The translations under genes were made by a program, and so were the position numbers. A DNA stretch of 64,000 nucleotides. Origin: Candidatus Babeliales bacterium (GTDB lineage: Bacteria; Babelota; Babeliae; Babelales; JACPOV01). Below are positions 48,155-58,574 of the stretch, in pieces; position 1 is the first letter of the stretch; every line of letters starts with the position of its first letter. The notes under the pieces are model-generated. The model was not told the DNA's origin, searched no databases, and saw only the letters and a program-made list of their open reading frames with translations. The stretch lies in assembly GCA_050250855.1 (NCBI GenBank), contig JBFWNW010000002.1, positions 64,001 to 128,000 on the forward strand, read 5' to 3'.

Positions 48155-50713
48155 ATGAATACAGAAATTCTTACTAATGCAAGCCAAGAACTTATCAATA
48201 AAAGTATTCAATTGGCCATGGCCAATAAAAATCCTGCTTTATTACCCCTCCATACGCTTGCTGCAGGACTTGGCGATGAATTTTGTTCTTCATTTTTTGC
48301 TGCACTCAATGTTGCTCAAGAACCATTAAAAACATTAATTGAACAAGAACTTGCCAAACTTCCTAAAGCTGAAGGAGCTCGCCTTGCAGCTGATTATTCT
48401 TTTGAACAGTTTATGTTAGAACTAGAAAAGGAAGCTCAAGGACTTGGTGATACCTATATAAGTCTTGAACTTTTTTTACTTGGTTGGGGCACTACAAGCT
48501 ATCTTCCTGAGGCTATAAAAAATTTCTTTAAACAAAATAATTTTACCAAAAGCACTATCCTTGCTCATATGAAATTATTGCGAAAGGGCAAAACAGTGAA
48601 TTCAAAATCTGCTGAAAAACAGTACCAAATTTTAGAAAAATATTGCACAGACCTTACTAAACTTGCTCGTGAAGGAAAACTTGATCCCGTCATTGGCCGC
48701 CATGAAGAGGTTCGTCGCGTTATTCAAATTCTTTCACGCAGAACAAAAAACAATCCTGTTTTAATTGGACAACCAGGCGTTGGTAAAACTGCTATTGTAG
48801 AAGGTATTGCACAACGCATTATTAATAATGACGTACCTGAAGGACTACAAAATAAAAAAATATTTGCCCTTGATCTTGGCATGCTCATTGCAGGAACTAA
48901 ATATCAAGGAGAGTTTGAAGAACGTCTTAAAGGAATTTTAAAAGAAATAGAAGAAAGTAAGGATGATATTATTCTCTTTATTGACGAGCTGCATATGCTT
49001 GTTGGCGCTGGTGCAGCTGGTGGCGGCATGGATGCTTCTAATTTACTCAAGCCTGCTTTAGCGCGCGGCATTTTGCATTGCATTGGCGCAACAACGCTGC
49101 AAGAATATAAAAAATATATAGAAAAAGATGCGGCACTTGAGCGCCGATTCCAAAAAGTTTTTGTTCCTGAACCAACGGTAGAAGATGCTATTTCAATTTT
49201 ACGTGGCTTAAAAGAGCGCTATGAACTTCATCATGGTATTCGTATAAAAGACCAAGCGCTGGTGGATGCGGTACAACTTTCTGCCAAAAATATCGCTGAT
49301 CGCTTTTTGCCTGATAAAGCAATAGACCTTATTGATGAAGCAGCAGCAAGTGTTCGCATGACCATTGATTCTCATCCGGTTGAAATAGATCAACTTGATC
49401 GCAAGATTCGTCAGCTTGAGATTGAAAAAGTTGCTTTAGCAAAAGAAAAAGATGAGGCTTCACAAAAGCGCTTAAAAGATATTGAAAAGGAATTGGCTAA
49501 TCTTAAAGAACAGCATAAAAAACTCATGAGCCAGTGGGAAGCTGAAAAAAAACCGTTAGAAACTATTCATAAATTGCGTGAAAAAATTGAACAAGCGCAG
49601 CTTGAATTCCAACAAGCAGAACGTGAGGGTGATTTTGCAAAAGCTTCAGAAATTAAGTATGGCAAGTTAGTAAAATTGGCAAGTGAGCTTGATAAAGAAC
49701 AAGAAAAAATTAAAAAATTAGAAACACACCTTATTAAAGAAGAAGTCGATGAAGAGGATATTGCACGTATTCTTTCTCGCTGGACTGGCATTCCTGCAGA
49801 AAAATTACAAACTTCAGAAAAAGAAAAAATCCTTAACATGGAAAAAATCTTAAAAGAACATGTTATTGGACAAGATGAAGCTCTTGAAAAAGTTTCTCAA
49901 GCAATTCAAATGCACCGTGCCGGGCTTACTGACCAAAATAGACCAATAGGTTCTTTTCTCTTTTTAGGACCAACAGGGGTTGGTAAAACTGAAGTAGCAA
50001 AAACATTAGCAGACTTTTTATTCAATGACCCTCATCGCCTCATTCGCATTGATATGTCTGAATACATGGAAAAACATGCCGTTGCGCGCCTTATTGGTGC
50101 TCCTCCTGGTTATGTTGGTTATGAAGAAGGTGGTCAATTAACAGAACAAGTACGCCGCAACCCTTACAGCGTTATATTATTTGATGAAATTGAAAAAGCA
50201 CATCCAGATGTTTTTAATATTTTCTTACAAATTCTTGATGAAGGCCATTTAACAGATAGCCAAGGACGTACCGTCTCCTTTAAAAATTGCATTATTATTA
50301 TGACTTCTAATATTGGCTCTGATATTATCCTTACGGCAAAAGAATTAACCGATAAGGTAAAGTCTGAAGTCGAGCAACTACTGTTTAAGCATTTTAGACC
50401 AGAATTTTTAAACCGTATTGATGCCATAGTATTCTTTAAAAGTCTTTCAGAAAAAGATGTGGAAAAAATTGCAAAAATCCATCTTGGCATGCTAGAAAAA
50501 CGCTTACAAGAAAAGGGCATTACTCTTACTATGAGCAAAGATGTTTTGAAAATAATTGCACAAGAAGGGTATGAAAAAGAGTTTGGCGCTCGTCCATTAA
50601 AACGGGCTATTCAACGATTTATTACGGTACCAGTTTCACTCTCTATGCTTCAGCATCCTGATAAAAAAGAAATTCATTTAGGAACTAAAGGCGGGGCGAT
50701 AATAGTGGAATAG
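48155..50713 (+). CDS. clpB: Chaperone ClpB
   Basis: [15 protein letters not shown], long M-domain coiled coil, [31 protein letters not shown] before ATG 48155. Confidence 0.96.
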   Translation: MNTEILTNASQELINKSIQLAMANKNPALLPLHTLAAGLGDEFCSSFFAALNVAQEPLKTLIEQELAKLPKAEGARLAADYSFEQFMLELEKEAQGLGDTYISLELFLLGWGTTSYLPEAIKNFFKQNNFTKSTILAHMKLLRKGKTVNSKSAEKQYQILEKYCTDLTKLAREGKLDPVIGRHEEVRRVIQILSRRTKNNPVLIGQPGVGKTAIVEGIAQRIINNDVPEGLQNKKIFALDLGMLIAGTKYQGEFEERLKGILKEIEESKDDIILFIDELHMLVGAGAAGGGMDASNLLKPALARGILHCIGATTLQEYKKYIEKDAALERRFQKVFVPEPTVEDAISILRGLKERYELHHGIRIKDQALVDAVQLSAKNIADRFLPDKAIDLIDEAAASVRMTIDSHPVEIDQLDRKIRQLEIEKVALAKEKDEASQKRLKDIEKELANLKEQHKKLMSQWEAEKKPLETIHKLREKIEQAQLEFQQAEREGDFAKASEIKYGKLVKLASELDKEQEKIKKLETHLIKEEVDEEDIARILSRWTGIPAEKLQTSEKEKILNMEKILKEHVIGQDEALEKVSQAIQMHRAGLTDQNRPIGSFLFLGPTGVGKTEVAKTLADFLFNDPHRLIRIDMSEYMEKHAVARLIGAPPGYVGYEEGGQLTEQVRRNPYSVILFDEIEKAHPDVFNIFLQILDEGHLTDSQGRTVSFKNCIIIMTSNIGSDIILTAKELTDKVKSEVEQLLFKHFRPEFLNRIDAIVFFKSLSEKDVEKIAKIHLGMLEKRLQEKGITLTMSKDVLKIIAQEGYEKEFGARPLKRAIQRFITVPVSLSMLQHPDKKEIHLGTKGGAIIVE

Positions 50714-50751
50714 AACTTATCAAATATTGAATAATTTGATATAATAGCAGC

Positions 50752-51552
50752 ATGAATTACAAAAAAAAATTAATAAAAACTATTACACATTCTCTTGATG
50801 GCCCATTATTGGACACCATAAAAATTGCTTTTTCAGCTAATGCTCCCTTTAATGAGTATCCTTTTTGCATACCGCTTATTAAAAACTTAAAAAATATAAA
50901 CTTTCCGCAGCAAGTTACTTTTTTTGTTGGCGAAAACGGGACAGGTAAATCAACCATTATGGAAGCCATTGCGCAAAAATCAGGATTTGGCCCTGAAGGT
51001 GGCAGTAAAAACATACATTTTAAAACGTCTCAGGAAAATACCTATACAGGAACAGAGTCTCTTGCAGATGCTATGACACTTTCATGGCGAAAAAAACCTA
51101 TGAATGGTTATTTTTTTAGAGCAGAAAGTTTTTTTAATGTTGCAAATTATCTTGATCTTATAGCAAAAAATGGTGGCCCTGAATTGGCTTATGGTCCTTA
51201 TGGTGGCAAGTCTCTGCATGAACAATCACATGGTGAAAGCTTTCTTGCTTTTTTTAAAAATCGGTTAGGAATAGAAGGCTTTTTTCTATTTGATGAGCCA
51301 GAGGCAGCACTTTCACCGCAGCGTCAGTTATCATTGCTGGCAATAATGCACGATATCTGCAAACATAATACACATGCACAATTTATTATCGCAACGCATT
51401 CACCTCTATTACTTGCTTACCCAAATGCTACTATTTATTCATGTGATGGGGATGCATTAACTCAGATTTCTTACGAAGATACGCTGCATTATCAAATTAC
51501 AAAAAACTTTTTAAATAACCCAGAGGGTTACTTACGTTACTTATGCGATTAA
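50752..51552 (+). CDS. Stand-alone ABC-type ATPase (COG3910-like)
   Basis: GENGTGKST, FFRAESF, SHGESF, DEPEAALSPQRQ, IATHSP. Confidence 0.85.
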   Translation: MNYKKKLIKTITHSLDGPLLDTIKIAFSANAPFNEYPFCIPLIKNLKNINFPQQVTFFVGENGTGKSTIMEAIAQKSGFGPEGGSKNIHFKTSQENTYTGTESLADAMTLSWRKKPMNGYFFRAESFFNVANYLDLIAKNGGPELAYGPYGGKSLHEQSHGESFLAFFKNRLGIEGFFLFDEPEAALSPQRQLSLLAIMHDICKHNTHAQFIIATHSPLLLAYPNATIYSCDGDALTQISYEDTLHYQITKNFLNNPEGYLRYLCD

Positions 51553-51560
51553 ATTAAATC

Positions 51561-51580
51561 GGGGGCTTTTCAGCCCCCCT
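51561..51580. terminator. Hairpin terminator between convergent genes
   Basis: GGGGGCT-tttc-AGCCCCC. Confidence 0.6.
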
Positions 51581-51586
51581 TAATCT

Positions 51587-52657
51587 TTATTTATCGCAAT
51601 AAACAACAATACAAGGTCTGCTATTTTGTTCTTGCTTCAATTTTTCTTTTTCATATTCGAGCGATACTTGCTGAATACCTTGGCAAACGCCAGTAACAAA
51701 TTGACCTGCTTCTTTTAATGCCAAATAATCTTCTCGTGCTTGTAGTGCTGCTTCGCGTTCACGCTGTCTTATTCTTTCTTGTGCTAAACGCGCTTCTTTT
51801 TCTCGTAGCTCTTTTTCTTTGCGTTCAAGCTCTTGTTTTTTGTAATAATGGCTTGTGCTTACAATTCTCTGCACATCACGCAAAATAATAAGCATTCCAT
51901 TGGCATCTTGATACACAACAGAATATCTGTTCAAATACTGGATATGAGACTCTAAATTTCGAATATCACGATTAAGGTTTTGAACATAATACAAAGCAGG
52001 AAATTCTTTGCGTATGTTATAAACAAGTCGCTCCAAAAATTGCTCTCTGCCCGCATAAGAAAGCTTTGGCATATTCATAAACTCGCTACCATAAGAGCGA
52101 TGTAAGCAACCCTGTAACGAGCAAAATTCAAAATAATGCTTATGCATAGTAACTATATCTTTAAAATTTTTAATACGCTTTACAAAATCCTCTATCTGCA
52201 CTACAGCACGTTGCGCTTCAAATACAAACATCCCTTTTTCATAATTGTTATAAGATTTTGTTATGCGCTTTGTTAATTCTTGTCTGATTTGATCAAGATT
52301 GTTTTCATAGGTCATATTACAAAAATCAAGAAGCTTAGATCCACTAAAACGTTCATAGAGTGTTCTTAAATCATTTTCACTCAATTGATACCCTGATTTA
52401 CAACCAACAGTATATTCAAATCCTCGTATAACATGCTCCAAATTTCGCTGTGCTTCTTCTAATGCTGTATGAGCTTTTTGCAAAACTGCCTCATCTGACT
52501 CTGGCCAAAAAAGCCAGTACCCTATTCCAGCAACCGCCGCACATGCCGTTGCAAAAATACCTACCTTTTCTGGGGTGCTAAGTTCAACTGGCTTTGCCTC
52601 TTGAACCTGAGTATAAAGCGCTAAGCCTAGTGATATTTTCATAATGTGTTTTTTCAT
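51587..52657 (-). CDS. Hypothetical exported/membrane protein with C-terminal coiled coil
   Basis: Start at ATG 52657 after GGAG; signal peptide, TM, E/R/K-rich helix. Confidence 0.7.
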   Translation of the reverse strand: MKKHIMKISLGLALYTQVQEAKPVELSTPEKVGIFATACAAVAGIGYWLFWPESDEAVLQKAHTALEEAQRNLEHVIRGFEYTVGCKSGYQLSENDLRTLYERFSGSKLLDFCNMTYENNLDQIRQELTKRITKSYNNYEKGMFVFEAQRAVVQIEDFVKRIKNFKDIVTMHKHYFEFCSLQGCLHRSYGSEFMNMPKLSYAGREQFLERLVYNIRKEFPALYYVQNLNRDIRNLESHIQYLNRYSVVYQDANGMLIILRDVQRIVSTSHYYKKQELERKEKELREKEARLAQERIRQREREAALQAREDYLALKEAGQFVTGVCQGIQQVSLEYEKEKLKQEQNSRPCIVVYCDK

Positions 52658-52820
52658 TGAAAAGTCTCCATGTATAAGTAGTTGTGAAAAAACTAATTTC
52701 GTTTCAACTATAGCGATATTTGCCACAAAATCAAAAGCCCCCCTAGACCAAAAAACTATACAAATACATAAATTTTGGCATATTCTTTCAATAATACATT
52801 TCAACACCAAAAGGATTCCT

Positions 52821-53519
52821 ATGAAAAAATTTCTTCTTGCTTTAGCAATAATGTTTAGCACTCCGGCTGTACAAGCCCAAGACCCAATTAGTTGGTTTTT
52901 TGAATTACTTGGTTATCGAGTAGAAGAGCGTGAAGGCTGGCAAGTACAACAAGCGGCCCGTGAAAATGCAGCTTATGATGTAGCAGAGGCAAATGCTAGC
53001 CAACGCGCAGATTATTATGGTGAAATTCGCCAAACATTTAAAAATTCTTTTGATTATGTATTAGTAAAGCCAGGCACCTACAACAGTAAAATTGAAAAAG
53101 CTAAAAATCACTATTCAAATGAATTAATTAACCACTACCAAAAACAAAATGCTCATACATGGCTTGCATTAGATCAAGCAAAAAAGCAAGCAAAAGACGT
53201 TGCTGTCCAAAAAGCCAAAGAATTTATCTTGCACAACGCTAAGGATTATGCAAATAAGCTCCTTTATGGCAAAAATCTCCCTTGCAATCCCGATTACCTT
53301 ATAAATGAAGTTCATAATAACATTGCTAATAAAATAAGATATCTCGACACTTGCCAAGATTTTGTTGGCCAAAATTTATACTATGAAGTTGAGGCTATAT
53401 TAGAAAGAGAAATAGGATGTACGTGCACTATGATTACCCATGATCAATCAGATTACGCAGATTATCTTAATGCTCAGAACCAGAAATATGCACCTTCAGC
53501 ACCGCCTATGGATCTATAA
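52821..53519 (+). CDS. Hypothetical exported protein ending in PSAPP
   Basis: Start at ATG 52821 after AAGGA; signal peptide MKKFLLALAIMFSTPAVQA. Confidence 0.75.
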   Translation: MKKFLLALAIMFSTPAVQAQDPISWFFELLGYRVEEREGWQVQQAARENAAYDVAEANASQRADYYGEIRQTFKNSFDYVLVKPGTYNSKIEKAKNHYSNELINHYQKQNAHTWLALDQAKKQAKDVAVQKAKEFILHNAKDYANKLLYGKNLPCNPDYLINEVHNNIANKIRYLDTCQDFVGQNLYYEVEAILEREIGCTCTMITHDQSDYADYLNAQNQKYAPSAPPMDL

Positions 53520-53530
53520 AGGAATTTAGC

Positions 53531-54292
53531 ATGCAAAAAAAAGGATATATGCTCATTGGTAATTGGAAAATGTACATGAGCACTTATGAAGCACGTGCAT
53601 GGCTGGAATCTCACACTAAAAATCTTGCTACAACTCTTAAGGGCTCAGGACATTCTTTAGTCCTGTGCCCTTCTTTTGATGCTCTTTTTTTAGTGCAACA
53701 GTTTTTAAAAGATTCTTCTATAGAATATGGTGCGCAGGATTGTTCGGAACATATACAAGGGGCGTACACGGGCCAGGTTTCTGCTCAATCATTGCAAGAC
53801 CTTGGTTGTTCTTACGGCATTATTGGCCATAGCGAAGTAAGACAGTTTCATGCAGAAACATCAGATATAGTTGCTCAAAAAATGGTGCGTTTATTGGAAC
53901 ATGCTATAACCCCGATAATTTGCATTGGAGAATCTCATCAAGATTACCTAAATGGTAAAGCACAAGAACACATTAAGAAACAACTTAAGCCCATTGAGCG
54001 TGCTCTTACTTCTTATAAAAAATCTGCAAATCTTATTATCGCCTATGAACCAATTTGGTCGATAGGAACGGGCATTGTACCAGAAGTTAATTACTTAGAA
54101 AGCATCTTTGAATTCATTAACTCTTTAACTGCCAGTTGGCCAAAAACTACTACGTTTAAACTTTTATATGGCGGTAGCGTTAATGAAAAAAGCAGTATAC
54201 AGCTTAAAAATATAGCTGCTCTTGATGGCTTTCTTGTAGGTAAAGCAAGCACTGACCCTAAAAAATTAAGTGATATGCTAAAGCTCTTATAA
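53531..54292 (+). CDS. tpiA: Triosephosphate isomerase
   Basis: GNWKM, GAYTG, IIGHSE, AYEPIWSIGTG, LYGGSV, DGFLVG. Confidence 0.95.
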   Translation: MQKKGYMLIGNWKMYMSTYEARAWLESHTKNLATTLKGSGHSLVLCPSFDALFLVQQFLKDSSIEYGAQDCSEHIQGAYTGQVSAQSLQDLGCSYGIIGHSEVRQFHAETSDIVAQKMVRLLEHAITPIICIGESHQDYLNGKAQEHIKKQLKPIERALTSYKKSANLIIAYEPIWSIGTGIVPEVNYLESIFEFINSLTASWPKTTTFKLLYGGSVNEKSSIQLKNIAALDGFLVGKASTDPKKLSDMLKLL

Positions 54293-54364
54293 ATTCTTTT
54301 TTTACAAATGCTAAAAAAAGGGTTATCCTGAAACTATAAGTATACTCAAGTACTGGAGACTATT

Positions 54365-54658
54365 ATGAATATTGTTATCGGTTTACTAACAGCTCTTTTT
54401 GTTTTTGTCAGCATTCTTTTGATTCCCCTTATTCTTTTACAAAAAGGTAAAGGAAGCATGGGTCTTGGCTCTATGGGCGGCGGCGCTCAAATGCTTTTTG
54501 GTGGCAGCGGTGGTCAAGATCTTTTCCAAAAATTAACATGGACTCTTGGTGCAATTTTCATGTTTGGCTCGCTTGCAATTTCTATCATGAAAACCCAAGA
54601 TTATCGCTCTTCTCGCTATTTAAAGGGTTATAAAACTCAACAGCAACTTCCAGAATAA
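54365..54658 (+). CDS. secG: Preprotein translocase subunit SecG
   Basis: Two TMs with LLQKGKG...FGGSG...KLT; typical position after tpiA. Confidence 0.9.
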   Translation: MNIVIGLLTALFVFVSILLIPLILLQKGKGSMGLGSMGGGAQMLFGGSGGQDLFQKLTWTLGAIFMFGSLAISIMKTQDYRSSRYLKGYKTQQQLPE

Positions 54659-54674
54659 GAATCTTATTCTGCGC

Positions 54675-55445
54675 ATGCTTATTAGCAACACGGGAAGATT
54701 TTTTTTAAAAGCATGTAATGCTACTGGTTCCTTTATTCTTTTTTTAGGACATGTGCTGCGTACTTTTTTTTCTGAAAAACCTCCTTATAAAAAGATACTG
54801 CACAATATTGAGTCTATAGGAATTCATTCGCTTCCTATTGTTTTATTAACCGGTACGTTTTCTGGCGCCGTACTCGCTTTGCAAAGTTATTTAGGATTCA
54901 AGCGCTTTGGCGGTCAAGATTTTATAGGCCCTATTGTAGCATTAACCTTAACACGAGAGTTAGGCCCCGTTTTAACAGGACTTATGGTCACAGGAAGGGC
55001 CGGTTCTTCCATTGCAGCAGAAATTGGCACCATGAAAATTACTGAACAAATTGATGCTCTGCGCACGATGAATATTAATATCTGGCACTATCTTATGGTT
55101 CCCCGTATTGTTGCTGCTACTTTTATAGTACCTTTTCTTTCACTGATTGCTATGCTCATGGGAATCTTAGGCGGTTATTTTGTATGCACCTATATTTTAC
55201 ATATAAATAGTCACCTTTATATTCTTGGCATTCAAAAACATATTGACCTTTTTGACATTATAAGCGGCCTGATTAAATCTGCTTTTTTTGGCCTCATTTT
55301 TTCATGGGTTGGTTGTTATAAAGGATATAAAACATATGGCGGCGCTCAAGGAGTTGGCAAAGCCACAACACAAACGGTTGTCCTTGCTTCTGTTATGATT
55401 TTAATAGCTAACTACTTTTTAACCGCACTTCTTTTTGGTCTCTAG
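54675..55445 (+). CDS. mlaE: MlaE family ABC permease
   Basis: RELGPVLTGL, GRAGSSIAAEIGTMKITEQIDAL, GGAQGVGKATT. Confidence 0.9.
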   Translation: MLISNTGRFFLKACNATGSFILFLGHVLRTFFSEKPPYKKILHNIESIGIHSLPIVLLTGTFSGAVLALQSYLGFKRFGGQDFIGPIVALTLTRELGPVLTGLMVTGRAGSSIAAEIGTMKITEQIDALRTMNINIWHYLMVPRIVAATFIVPFLSLIAMLMGILGGYFVCTYILHINSHLYILGIQKHIDLFDIISGLIKSAFFGLIFSWVGCYKGYKTYGGAQGVGKATTQTVVLASVMILIANYFLTALLFGL

Positions 55446-55448
55446 CAT

Positions 55449-56201
55449 ATGATTCAACTTATTAATGTTCATAAAAAAATTAAAAATTCATTTATCTCTA
55501 AGGGCATAGATCTGGTAATCCCTGCTCACAAGATGACCGTTATTATAGGAAGATCGGGTGAAGGTAAGTCACTTCTTTTAAAACAGATCATGGGACTTGT
55601 AAAACCAACATCAGGCTCAATTTTGATTGATAATAAGGATATAACTACATTATCAGAAAAAGAGTGCGCTCCTATTTTTAGCCAACTGGGCTATGTATTT
55701 CAATTTGCAGCTCTTCTTGATTCACTCAATACATTTGAAAATATAGGAATAAAGTTGCTCCTTGATGGCATGCCCCGAGAAAAGGTTCTTGCTATTGTGC
55801 AAGAAAAATTAGCTCTTGTTCATTTACCACAAGAAGTATTATGGAAATATCCTTCTGAACTTTCTGGCGGCATGCGCAAGCGCGTTGGCTTGGCACGCAC
55901 TTTAACCACAAACCCTAGCATTATTTTGTATGATGAACCAACAACGGGCCTTGACCCTATTACAACACGAGTAATTCATGAACTTATGCATGACATGCAA
56001 GTAAAACTCAATGTAACGTCTGTTGTTATTTCACATGACGTTGAAATTTTTAAATATGCGGATCATGTAGCACTATTGCATGAAGGTAAAATTCAGTATT
56101 CAGGAACTGCCTGCGACATATGGCAAACGGATAATGCTCACGTTCATCAATTCATTCATGGCTTACAAAACGGCCCTATTCAAGCAGAATGGCAACTCTA
56201 A
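55449..56201 (+). CDS. mlaF: MlaF family ABC ATPase
   Basis: GRSGEGKS, LSGGMRKRVGLAR, YDEPTTGLDP. Confidence 0.88.
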   Translation: MIQLINVHKKIKNSFISKGIDLVIPAHKMTVIIGRSGEGKSLLLKQIMGLVKPTSGSILIDNKDITTLSEKECAPIFSQLGYVFQFAALLDSLNTFENIGIKLLLDGMPREKVLAIVQEKLALVHLPQEVLWKYPSELSGGMRKRVGLARTLTTNPSIILYDEPTTGLDPITTRVIHELMHDMQVKLNVTSVVISHDVEIFKYADHVALLHEGKIQYSGTACDIWQTDNAHVHQFIHGLQNGPIQAEWQL

Positions 56202-56314
56202 AACAAATCGCCATTGTAAGATTTGATCAAACTGATACAATGAATATTACTCAGTAATTTGCACGAGGATTTACTAATAAGAATAGTATAAAACTTGGAT
56301 AGTAAGGCATAGTT

Positions 56315-57301
56315 ATGGTTCATGAATTAGATAATCAACTTATTGAAAAAATACAAGAACAAAGCGCTTTATTTAATCTTTTAAAAAATGAAGTCGGCAA
56401 ACATATTGTTGGCAATGAAAAAGCTATAGATTTTATTATTATAGCCCTTCTTTGCAATGGACATATTCTTTTGGAAGGTGTTCCTGGTGTCGCTAAAACA
56501 AAAATGATTAAAACAATTTCTGATGCGCTAGGTCTTTCGTTTAAGCGAATTCAATTTACGCCAGATTTATTACCAGCAGATTTGCTTGGCACCCTTATTT
56601 TTAACCCAAAAACTCATGAATTTGAAACAAAAAAGGGTCCTATTTTTGCCAATTTAATTTTAGCCGATGAAATTAACCGTACGCCTGCAAAAGTTCAAGC
56701 TGCTTTGCTTGAATGTATGCAAGAACATCAAGTAACACTCGGTTCTACTACCTACAATCTCGAAAAACCTTTCTTGGTATTTGCTACACAAAATCCTATA
56801 GAACAAGAAGGAACCTATCGCCTTCCTGAAGCGCAAATAGATAGATTCATGTTTAAACTTCTTATTGAATATTTAAATCCTGAACAAGAAAAACAAATTA
56901 TAGCAAAAACAGAAAATAGTAGTCCTATTGTTCGTATTCTTGACCAGGCAACTATTTCAGCCGCGCAAGCATTAGTCAAAAAAGTATATGTCGATCAAAA
57001 GATTGTTGATTATATTATTGACCTTATTTTTGCAACAAGAAGACCACAAGATTATGGCTTAAAAAATATTAAACCATATATTCATTATGGCGTTTCTCCT
57101 CGTGCTACGCTTGCACTCTATCATGCTGCTCAAGCTCATGCATTTTTAAAGAAACGACATTTTGTAATACCTGATGATGTAAAAGCAGTTGCTCCTGCAG
57201 TGCTTCGTCACCGCATAACGTTAAGCTACGAGGCAGAAGCGGATGATATTACGCAAGATGCTATCATTCAAACAATTTTAAATACTATTCCATCTCCATA
57301 A
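56315..57301 (+). CDS. MoxR family AAA+ ATPase
   Basis: GVPGVAKT, RIQFTPDLLPAD, DEINR, ATQNPIEQEGTY.LPEAQIDRF. Confidence 0.92.
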   Translation: MVHELDNQLIEKIQEQSALFNLLKNEVGKHIVGNEKAIDFIIIALLCNGHILLEGVPGVAKTKMIKTISDALGLSFKRIQFTPDLLPADLLGTLIFNPKTHEFETKKGPIFANLILADEINRTPAKVQAALLECMQEHQVTLGSTTYNLEKPFLVFATQNPIEQEGTYRLPEAQIDRFMFKLLIEYLNPEQEKQIIAKTENSSPIVRILDQATISAAQALVKKVYVDQKIVDYIIDLIFATRRPQDYGLKNIKPYIHYGVSPRATLALYHAAQAHAFLKKRHFVIPDDVKAVAPAVLRHRITLSYEAEADDITQDAIIQTILNTIPSP

Positions 57302-57410
57302 TAATAAGTAGGACAAATCAAGGGTCTATTCTTGCAATCAAAAATAGCCCTTGACAAAAAATTAATATGAAGGGTATTGTGTGAAAGTAATGTCAAAAAA
57401 AGGAATATTA

Positions 57411-58562
57411 ATGAAACATCCTTTTTGGCTTCTTAATAGTACTCTATTATTAACCTTTATTGGGTCAATACTTTTTGTAATTTTTTCATGGCAAAAAATG
57501 CCTTTAAAGGTATCCTTTGAGCCTGGTCCTGAAATAAAACCTATTAAAAAAGAACTTACAAAAATTGATCTGAGTAAAATTTATACTAACGATCTTTTTG
57601 ATACGTATGTTCAACCATTGCCAAGTATCAAGCAGCCAACATTTACAGCACCTATTCCTGCACCCCCAATACCAAAACCACCAGCAATTCCTTCTACACC
57701 GCCTATAAAATTTTTAGAACCACTTAAAATTAATTTGCGTGGCATTATTATAGCAAGCGATGAACGCATGAATATTGCTATTATTCAAGATGCAAAAACA
57801 GGAAAATCTGAAAACTACAAAATTGGTGACATGCTTGAAGATGCTCAACTTATTAGAATATTAAAAAACAAAATTATTCTTATTCGCTCAAATGGGCAAC
57901 AAGAAACTCTTTATGTAAGTCAGCATGATGCAGAGCTTGAACAACTTATGAAACCTCAGCAAAACTGGACTTCTGTTATCAAGAAAACATCAGAAAATGT
58001 TTATAGCATAGATACCGATCTTTTTGCTGAAAAAATAAAAAATCTTTCACAATTTATTGACGCACTGAACTTAACAACAGTATATAAACAGGGTGAAAGC
58101 ATTGGATGCCGCCTTGGTAAACAAAGTAATGATTCATTAGGCTTAGCGCTTGGTTTAATGCAAGGTGATATTATTGAATCAATACAAGGTATTCCGGTAA
58201 CAACCACTGAAAATCGCTTTACTATTTACCAAAATCTTCTTTCTTTAGAAAAAGGTCAGGAGATTTCCGTTATTGTGATACGACGAGGTCAACCAATGCG
58301 TTTTAGTTACCTATTGGAAAAATATACGGGAATAAGTGCTGCTGCGCAGCTAGAAGGAATCTCAGTAAAATATGATGAAAAAACAGAAGAGCAAGTTAAA
58401 GCAGAAAAAAGAAAGCTTCTAGAAGAAAAATATCGTTTTGCTCCAACTGCTGAAGAACTACAAAAAAAAGAAAAACAGGATATGCTCAAATTAAGTAGAC
58501 GAAATAGCCAGTTATCTAATAGGCAAAATCGTAGTACACTATTAAATACTATGAAACTTTAA
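57411..58562 (+). CDS. gspC: Type II secretion protein C-like (TM, Pro-rich, HR and PDZ domains)
   Basis: TM; LRGII...IAIIQD...YKIGD; GLMQGDIIESIQG...RRGQ PDZ; upstream of the secretin. Confidence 0.75.
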   Translation: MKHPFWLLNSTLLLTFIGSILFVIFSWQKMPLKVSFEPGPEIKPIKKELTKIDLSKIYTNDLFDTYVQPLPSIKQPTFTAPIPAPPIPKPPAIPSTPPIKFLEPLKINLRGIIIASDERMNIAIIQDAKTGKSENYKIGDMLEDAQLIRILKNKIILIRSNGQQETLYVSQHDAELEQLMKPQQNWTSVIKKTSENVYSIDTDLFAEKIKNLSQFIDALNLTTVYKQGESIGCRLGKQSNDSLGLALGLMQGDIIESIQGIPVTTTENRFTIYQNLLSLEKGQEISVIVIRRGQPMRFSYLLEKYTGISAAAQLEGISVKYDEKTEEQVKAEKRKLLEEKYRFAPTAEELQKKEKQDMLKLSRRNSQLSNRQNRSTLLNTMKL

Positions 58563-58574
58563 ATGTAGAAAAAA

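Noticed and set aside
50752..51552. Stand-alone ATPase as an anti-phage system
   Set aside because: No partner nuclease or defence context in the window
52644..52861. Apparent head-to-head overlap of two ORFs
   Set aside because: Real starts are 52657 (-) and 52821 (+), each with an RBS and signal peptide, so this is a normal divergent gap
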